A stretch of DNA of 64,000 nucleotides from Candidatus Kapaibacterium sp. (lineage in GTDB: Bacteria > Bacteroidota > Ignavibacteria > Kapaibacteriales > UBA2268): positions 1,568,001-1,632,000 of the forward strand of contig OY762428.1 of the NCBI GenBank assembly GCA_963665665.1. The letters run 5' to 3'. Below are positions 58,054-64,000 of this stretch, in pieces (position 1 is the stretch's first letter; every line of letters begins with the position of its first letter). Both the position numbers and the translations under genes were made by a program. The notes beneath the pieces are model-generated. The model saw only the letters and a list, made by a program, of their open reading frames with translations. It ran no database searches and was not told where the DNA came from.

Positions 58054-59475
58054 TCATTTTAATAATTTCTTTTTCAGAATTTCCTCCAACAATTCAGTAT
58101 CAACATTCCCGTTAAAAGACTGAATAATCAATCCTTTGAAATATGTAAAAGCTTTTCTGTCTCCATCGGACAGCCTTTTGAAAAGTCCGCTTTCAGAATC
58201 TATCAGTGTTTCGATAGTGTTATTTATAATGTTTGGATCGCGAATGATTTTCAGTTTTCTTTGTTCAATTATTTCCTCAATATCTTTATTATTCTTGGAG
58301 AGTTCATTTAGAATAATATTTGCGGATTTGGAAGAAATAATTCCCTGCCGAATATATGTTACAATTTTGGATATTGCTTCCGCCAAACCTTCGGAATATT
58401 TATCAGCTATATCCCGTACTTCATTGATAATAATAGAAGCTGCGGTATTAATATTATCGGCATTGTAATCAATAATAACTGCAATTTTTTCAAATAAACT
58501 ATATAAGGATTTGTCATCTGCAATCACCTTCGCATATTGATATTTCAAACCGAAGTCAAAAATGTACTTTTTCAACCTTATGGATGAAGGGGGAATCACT
58601 CCTTCCTTCAATTTTTCGATATAATCTTCATCACAAATCAGGGGCAGAAAATCAGGTTCATTGAAGAACCTGTAATCATTCTCATCCTCTTTTGTTCTCA
58701 TTAATATCGTTTCTTTTTTCCTTTCATCCCACCTCCTGGTTTCAGATTTCAGAATTTCCCGGCATGATAATATATTTCTCTGCCTTTCAATTTCAAATTT
58801 CAGAGCCTTTTTCACATTCGCGAAACTATTCAGATTCTTTATCTCTACTTTATAGCCGGGTATAACATCAGAATTACAAGAAAGCGAGATATTGACATCA
58901 CATCTTAGTTCTCCTTTTTCCATCCTGCACTTTGATATTTCATTGTTAACCATCAGGTTTTGAAAAGCCTTTAAAAAATCATATATCTCATCCGGCGATT
59001 TACTCGAAGGTAGAGTTACAATCTCCAATAACGGAGAACCGCTTCTGTTAAAATCAATCAATACATTTCCGGAATCATCGTGATAGCTTTTCCCTGAGTC
59101 CTCCTCGATATGAAGCCGTTCAATTTCTATGGATAAAAATTTACCTCCGGATTCAAACTCTAACTCACCTGATCCACAAACTGGCGAATCACCCTGGGTT
59201 ATCTGGTAACCTTTAGGCATATCAGGATAAAAATAATGTTTTCGGGTAAATTCCGAGATTCTGTCTATATGGCATCCTAAAGCAAGCCCTGCCATTATTG
59301 CTTTATCTTTTACTTCATTGTTAAGGGAAGGCATTGCTCCGGGATATCCAAGACAAACCGGGCAAACATGGTTATTTTGTTCAGCATCCCGGACATTCCT
59401 GCAATTACAGAATACTTTCCCGGATGTTTTTGGCTGAACATGAATTTCAAGGCCTACAATTGGTACAAATTTCAT
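58054..59475 (-). CDS. gatB: Asp/Glu-tRNA amidotransferase subunit B
   Basis: GLEIHVQ, CPVCLGYPG, RKHYFYPDMPKGYQITQ, HIEEDSGK, NRSG.PLLEIVT, RCDVNIS, EIKNLNS, YRFFNEPD. Confidence 0.92.
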   Translation of the reverse strand: MKFVPIVGLEIHVQPKTSGKVFCNCRNVRDAEQNNHVCPVCLGYPGAMPSLNNEVKDKAIMAGLALGCHIDRISEFTRKHYFYPDMPKGYQITQGDSPVCGSGELEFESGGKFLSIEIERLHIEEDSGKSYHDDSGNVLIDFNRSGSPLLEIVTLPSSKSPDEIYDFLKAFQNLMVNNEISKCRMEKGELRCDVNISLSCNSDVIPGYKVEIKNLNSFANVKKALKFEIERQRNILSCREILKSETRRWDERKKETILMRTKEDENDYRFFNEPDFLPLICDEDYIEKLKEGVIPPSSIRLKKYIFDFGLKYQYAKVIADDKSLYSLFEKIAVIIDYNADNINTAASIIINEVRDIADKYSEGLAEAISKIVTYIRQGIISSKSANIILNELSKNNKDIEEIIEQRKLKIIRDPNIINNTIETLIDSESGLFKRLSDGDRKAFTYFKGLIIQSFNGNVDTELLEEILKKKLLK

Positions 59476-59490
59476 GAATAGACATTAGAA

Positions 59491-60729
59491 TTATTTTTTA
59501 TTAGGTATTCTTAGCCTGAAAGTTGTACCTGAATCCTTTATACTTACAAAGTCAACTTTACCTTTCAGGTATTTCTCGCCGAACAGTTTCATGGAAAAAG
59601 TACCCATTCCCCTGCCGGGCTTATTTTTCGTAGTGAAATTCTTTTTAAAAACCCTTTCTTTTATACTATCCGGAATCACACAAGCATTCCAAACTGCAAA
59701 TTCCACTTCATCCTGTCCTATATGATAATGGAATTCCACCTTGCCACCCTTTTCAGTTGCTTCTAAAGCATTAAGCAGCATATTAGTCAATATTCTGTTC
59801 AGGAGAAACGGATCGGAATAGAAATATTTACTTTCACAACTTTTCTGGCAAACAAACTCTTTATCCTGAGAGCAGGGCTGAGAATTGACCATCTCTGAAA
59901 GTTCATCTACCAAATTAGTAATCTCAATTGATTCAATCATCAGTTGGTAATTATCTTCAACATGTGCGTTCAGCAATCTCTGTAAATCTATTTCCCTGGA
60001 AAGCCTCATTGATATTTTTTTTATTTTAGATGATAATCTTTCATAATCATCCTTTCCCTTGGAGTCAAGCAAATAAGTACTTGTAACCAGGGAAGTAATA
60101 ATATTATTAATATCATGAAAGAAAACCCTTTCGAGTAATTCTTTCTGTTTCATTTTTGTAATGTCATTGATAAAGAACAGAATAAATTTTTTCCCACCGA
60201 AAGAAACAGGGGATGATTTAATCTGAAAATAATAATCAACCTGAACCCCGTTCTTCTCTGCCGAAATAACACAATCTCTCTCATCTGGCGAATTATCGCC
60301 AAGGGCAGCCATAATTGAAATAGCAGCACCGCATGTACTACATGTGATTGATGTACCACAACCACCTGGCATCTCGTCGGAATAAACACAGTTCAGCGCT
60401 TCCCCCGGCCTGAGTCCAAGAAGCGGGGATGCTTCAGTAATATCAAGAACTTCAAGCAAATGATCATTGACAGCAACAATCTGCCTGTCTTCATTCAGAA
60501 CAGCAAATATCCCCCCGGCACTTTCCAAAAGTTGTGTTATAATACTATTATTGGCAATAAAATCAATCTCCCGATCTATCTCTTTAGCAGTCTTCCTTTT
60601 AGCAGGGGCAAAATATGTTTTAATTGCTGGATTATCCTCTGTCATATTAACTTCCATAGTAATTTTCCGGCTTATTAATTTTTGATAATTAAGAGCAATA
60701 TAAAAATTTCTTTCGAATATTACTAACAA
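59491..60729 (-). CDS. Cytoplasmic sensor histidine kinase with Cys4-containing PAS-like domain (paralog of 14288-15457)
   Basis: RPGEALNC...GCGTSITCSTC; FFHDINN; NALEA; GRGMG; true start probably downstream (MEVNM/MTED). Confidence 0.9.
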   Translation of the reverse strand: MLVIFERNFYIALNYQKLISRKITMEVNMTEDNPAIKTYFAPAKRKTAKEIDREIDFIANNSIITQLLESAGGIFAVLNEDRQIVAVNDHLLEVLDITEASPLLGLRPGEALNCVYSDEMPGGCGTSITCSTCGAAISIMAALGDNSPDERDCVISAEKNGVQVDYYFQIKSSPVSFGGKKFILFFINDITKMKQKELLERVFFHDINNIITSLVTSTYLLDSKGKDDYERLSSKIKKISMRLSREIDLQRLLNAHVEDNYQLMIESIEITNLVDELSEMVNSQPCSQDKEFVCQKSCESKYFYSDPFLLNRILTNMLLNALEATEKGGKVEFHYHIGQDEVEFAVWNACVIPDSIKERVFKKNFTTKNKPGRGMGTFSMKLFGEKYLKGKVDFVSIKDSGTTFRLRIPNKK

Positions 60730-60824
60730 TTAATAATAGTATCAGGTTCTGTTATAATTATTTGAATAGGTCACTTCAGCTTTACTTTTGGAAGCCGATA
60801 CTCATAGTGGAATAAAATATTCTT

Positions 60825-60839
60825 TGGCACGTTCATTGA
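60825..60839 (+). promoter_or_regulatory. Possible sigma-54 promoter
   Basis: TGGCACGttcaTTGA: consensus -24 element, with GA instead of GC at -12; 40 nt upstream of the ATG. Confidence 0.4.
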
Positions 60840-60879
60840 TAGAAACAGTCTTGATGAAAGAGTATATAAAATAGAAAAC

Positions 60880-62370
60880 ATGAAAACAGAAATAAAAATA
60901 TCCATATTGATCATCAGCTTTTTACTCCCGTCAATAATTTTCGGGCAGACATTTAAGCTTGAAAGGACAGATGTTGATTCCACGCGTTCATCGTTTGTTA
61001 CTGCAACGTACAATTTTGGATTTGACGTAATTGCCGAGGATATAGAGAATTGCAACGGAGCTGCTTTTGAATTACATTTTAACCAGACTGATTATGTTAA
61101 ATTCAACGGTTATGATCTTCGCGGTTTCGGCGAAGATCCCATTCCTATCGTATTCACAGAAGAAGACCCTGCAAATGACATTTCAAAGATTCATGTAGGT
61201 GTCCTGTCAGGTGAAACCCTGGAAGAAAACGGTTTTGATAATCCTAATATTATCCACCTTGAGTTTACAGTTGCACAATCTGCGCCAAACGAGGATGATT
61301 TAACTTTTACCTTTGTCAACCCTCAGGCAGTTGTCAGTTCAGACAGCGGCGTTGGAGAAGTTCTTGATATAGAAACCGAACCGGTAACCTATCAAATACA
61401 TAGCTTCATTGACGTTTGGCCCGGCGATGCTGATAATAATGATTCGGTGAATACAAAAGACATATCACAAATATTACTGTTTCTCGGGATGGGTAGCAAT
61501 ACAAAATTCATGCGCAGCTTTAAACGCCCCAATGCCAGTACGTTATGGACCGGCCAGAGAGTTCTTGGCTGGGACAGCCTGACAGTAACTTATGCAGACT
61601 GCGACGGCAACGGTGATGTTACTATGAGCGATGCACTGGTTGTTTACCTGAATTACGGAAAAGCACACGGCATTCCGATTATTCCTGTTTCGGAAGGTAA
61701 TATTACCGAGAATGCTGATATCATTTATGAACCGGTAGTTGAAAAAACCGAAAACACTGTTTCAATCCCCGTTCAAGTAGGTGAAACTACTTCTTATATT
61801 GCAGCAGGAGCAGTTTTCGATTATTCGTTGATAGGTAATAACTACAACTTGATCGGATTTGAAAGAGGAGATATTTTCAATCCAGGAGAAAGTTATTTCA
61901 CTTATAATATTAATCCTGCCAATAAAACTGCCAGCATTGCTTTTGGCTCATTGGACAAAAATATCACTAACAACTCGGCCGGAATAATTGCTTATGCACT
62001 GTTGGAACCAAACGGAACAACAAGTTCTAAGCCCGCATCCCCGATTATTACCGAACTTAAAGGTATTAACCGAAGCGGAATGGTATTCCCACTTATTGGA
62101 ATAACCGGTGTCGATAAATCATCTGCAAATTCAAAAGATTTTACAATCACTCATCTTGATGAAAATATACATTTGTCACTCACCAATGATCTTCCGGAAA
62201 CAAGTGAACTCGAAATATTTGATTATACAGGTAATAAAATTAGAAATTTCTATTTGCAACCGGAATTATCCGGCAATACAACAATTTATTGTCCTCTGCC
62301 TTCCGGCGTATATTTCGCAATTCTAAGATCTTCCAGAGAAATAAAAAGCTGCCAGTTCATATCCAACTGA
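60880..62370 (+). CDS. Secreted cohesin-dockerin-cohesin protein with T9SS-type C-terminal domain
   Basis: Signal peptide; FGFDV..GAAFELHFN..IHLEFTV; PGDADNNDSVNTKD / ADCDGNGDVTMSDA; VSIPVQV..VFDY; IFDYTG..LPSGVYF. Confidence 0.78.
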   Translation: MKTEIKISILIISFLLPSIIFGQTFKLERTDVDSTRSSFVTATYNFGFDVIAEDIENCNGAAFELHFNQTDYVKFNGYDLRGFGEDPIPIVFTEEDPANDISKIHVGVLSGETLEENGFDNPNIIHLEFTVAQSAPNEDDLTFTFVNPQAVVSSDSGVGEVLDIETEPVTYQIHSFIDVWPGDADNNDSVNTKDISQILLFLGMGSNTKFMRSFKRPNASTLWTGQRVLGWDSLTVTYADCDGNGDVTMSDALVVYLNYGKAHGIPIIPVSEGNITENADIIYEPVVEKTENTVSIPVQVGETTSYIAAGAVFDYSLIGNNYNLIGFERGDIFNPGESYFTYNINPANKTASIAFGSLDKNITNNSAGIIAYALLEPNGTTSSKPASPIITELKGINRSGMVFPLIGITGVDKSSANSKDFTITHLDENIHLSLTNDLPETSELEIFDYTGNKIRNFYLQPELSGNTTIYCPLPSGVYFAILRSSREIKSCQFISN

Positions 62371-62509
62371 TCTATCATCATAATTAACATCATAGCTGAT
62401 TCTATATTACAAATTACTATATAGATATAGTAATACTTAACATCGGTGCACCTTGTTGATTAATTAATTATATTTATTCAGCATGTTAGATTGATAGCCG
62501 GAGTTAGAA

Positions 62510-62794
62510 ATGAAATATTTAATCTTAGCAGCATCACTTCTGTTATTGGTTGTTATGAATGAAAATATCAATGGTAAAGGGCAGATTACAATATCATTCA
62601 CCGGGGAAATTGAATTCGAAAGTTCAGAAAACAGTTCGGAATTGAAATTCCAAAATAACAGCATCAATAATATTGGAAATACTCTTCCCTGTATTCCCGC
62701 AATCAGCAGCCCCTGTCCGAAAAACAATATGATTAGTTGTCTGTATCAACAAGATAATTCAATAAAATATTTTAGAAGAAATACACATAAATAA
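62510..62794 (+). CDS. Small hypothetical secreted protein
   Basis: GGAG upstream and a signal-peptide-like N-terminus; no recognisable motifs. Confidence 0.4.
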   Translation: MKYLILAASLLLLVVMNENINGKGQITISFTGEIEFESSENSSELKFQNNSINNIGNTLPCIPAISSPCPKNNMISCLYQQDNSIKYFRRNTHK

Positions 62795-62886
62795 AAGAGC
62801 CCGCCAAAAAGGAGGACTCCTTCAATAAATCGTTGCTGCATTGTCAATGTTGATAAAAGAAGCAATATTGATGGATATTCACTATA

Positions 62887-63300
62887 TCAGGGATTCAATA
62901 TGCATTCATGTGTAACATTAGCGCCTGCTGCTTTGAACATTGCAGAAGCACCGCAATATTTATCCTGTGATAGCTCAACACACCTTTCCAGGTCGGCCAG
63001 GGAAGCATCAGGGCTTGTCAATTCGTAAATGATATGTACGTTTATGTACATTTTAGGATGTTTCTCCCCTCTTTCACCTTCGATTTTTATCTGAAAATCA
63101 TCAATAGTTTTACGTTTTTTCCTGAGAATACTGACAACATCCATTGCTGAACATGCAGACAGTGACTGAAGCATCACTTCCATAGGGGTGGCAGCTGTGT
63201 TTTCCCCGCCTACTTTATCCACGGTATCGAAAGCCGTTTCGTGGCCGCGTCCGTTATCAGCAACAAACCTCATTTTTCTGTCCAATTTCAGGGTATGCAT
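62887..63300 (-). CDS. OsmC/YhfA-family protein
   Basis: TPMEVMLQSLSACSAMDVV and LSQDKYCGAS. Confidence 0.9.
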   Translation of the reverse strand: MHTLKLDRKMRFVADNGRGHETAFDTVDKVGGENTAATPMEVMLQSLSACSAMDVVSILRKKRKTIDDFQIKIEGERGEKHPKMYINVHIIYELTSPDASLADLERCVELSQDKYCGASAMFKAAGANVTHECILNP

Positions 63301-63499
63301 ATTTTTACCTTTCTTTTTTTTAATTATTAATCATTTTAAAAATCATTATTTTTGTTATTCGTTATCATTTGATAATTAACGTTTTGACTTTAAAATTACT
63401 GTATGGTAATATATTTTTAAAACAAACAAATGAAAATTAGATTTTATAAAAATATAAATAATTTCTTTATTATCAAATATTTATTAAACAGGAGAACTA

Positions 63500-64000
63500 A
63501 TGGCTGATTTAGCACCAAAAGTTTCGATAATAATGGGAAGCGATTCTGATCTTCCCGTAATGAGAAAAGCTGCAGAAGTTTGTAAAGAATTCGGCGTTGG
63601 GTATGAAATGCGTGTAATTTCTGCACATAGAAATTCAATAGACTCTATTGAATATGCACAGAATGCAAAGAAGCGCGGTATTAAAGTAATAATTGCCGGG
63701 GCCGGCGGCGCAGCACACCTGCCGGGCGTTCTTGCCGGAAATACTACTCTCCCGGTTATCGGTATTCCTGTACAGTCAAAAGCTTTGAATGGAATGGATT
63801 CACTGCTTTCAATCGTTCAGATGCCTCCCGGGGTTCCGGTTGCTTCAATGGCAATTGACGGCGCAAAGAACGCAGGCCTTTTTGCTATGCAGATAATCGC
63901 GCTTTTCGATCAGGAAGTATCAGATAAATTTGACCAATACAAGATTGATATGCGTGATGCTTCAAGGGCAAAGAATAACAATCCGGAATTCACCCCCATA
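63500..64000 (+). CDS. purE: N5-carboxyaminoimidazole ribonucleotide mutase (partial; runs off the window and is absent from the ORF track)
   Basis: MADLAPKVSIIMGSDSDLPVM...SAHR...IAGAGGAAHLPG...PVIGIP...SIVQMPPGVPVA; AGGAG upstream. Confidence 0.95.
   Translation, partial: MADLAPKVSIIMGSDSDLPVMRKAAEVCKEFGVGYEMRVISAHRNSIDSIEYAQNAKKRGIKVIIAGAGGAAHLPGVLAGNTTLPVIGIPVQSKALNGMDSLLSIVQMPPGVPVASMAIDGAKNAGLFAMQIIALFDQEVSDKFDQYKIDMRDASRAKNNNPEFTPI

Noticed and set aside
63444-63638. 64-aa minus-strand ORF
   Set aside because: Antisense to the clear purE reading frame.

Overview
Low-GC bacterial chromosomal window. It most likely comes from a non-Bacteroidia FCB lineage such as Kapabacteria/Ignavibacteria; this is inferred from many T9SS C-terminal domains, a fused E1 alpha/beta gene, exosortase N and visible GGAG(G) Shine-Dalgarno sites. 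Housekeeping genes include queA, rnhA, clpC, rsgA, gatB, purE (partial) and tRNA-Arg(CCG). The most striking region is a 15.5-kb minus-strand cluster of five secreted T9SS-type proteins (39241-54760) with cohesin-like and dockerin-like modules and a 2700-aa beta-helix/propeller giant but no recognisable glycoside hydrolase. A sixth cohesin-dockerin-cohesin T9SS gene lies at 60880. Together they are a candidate non-cellulosomal surface complex. Other notable items: an ECF sigma factor with a predicted dual-membrane-spanning (Dma-like) anti-sigma and a shared promoter motif upstream of a VWA gene; a PEP-CTERM VIT-VWA/exosortase N pair; two abutting 21-bp tandem arrays inside a segment flanked by 14-bp direct repeats; a REP-bounded tandem duplication of diversifying lipoprotein genes; and two orphan Cys4-PAS kinases. 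All domain calls come from visual motif recognition; no searches were run.
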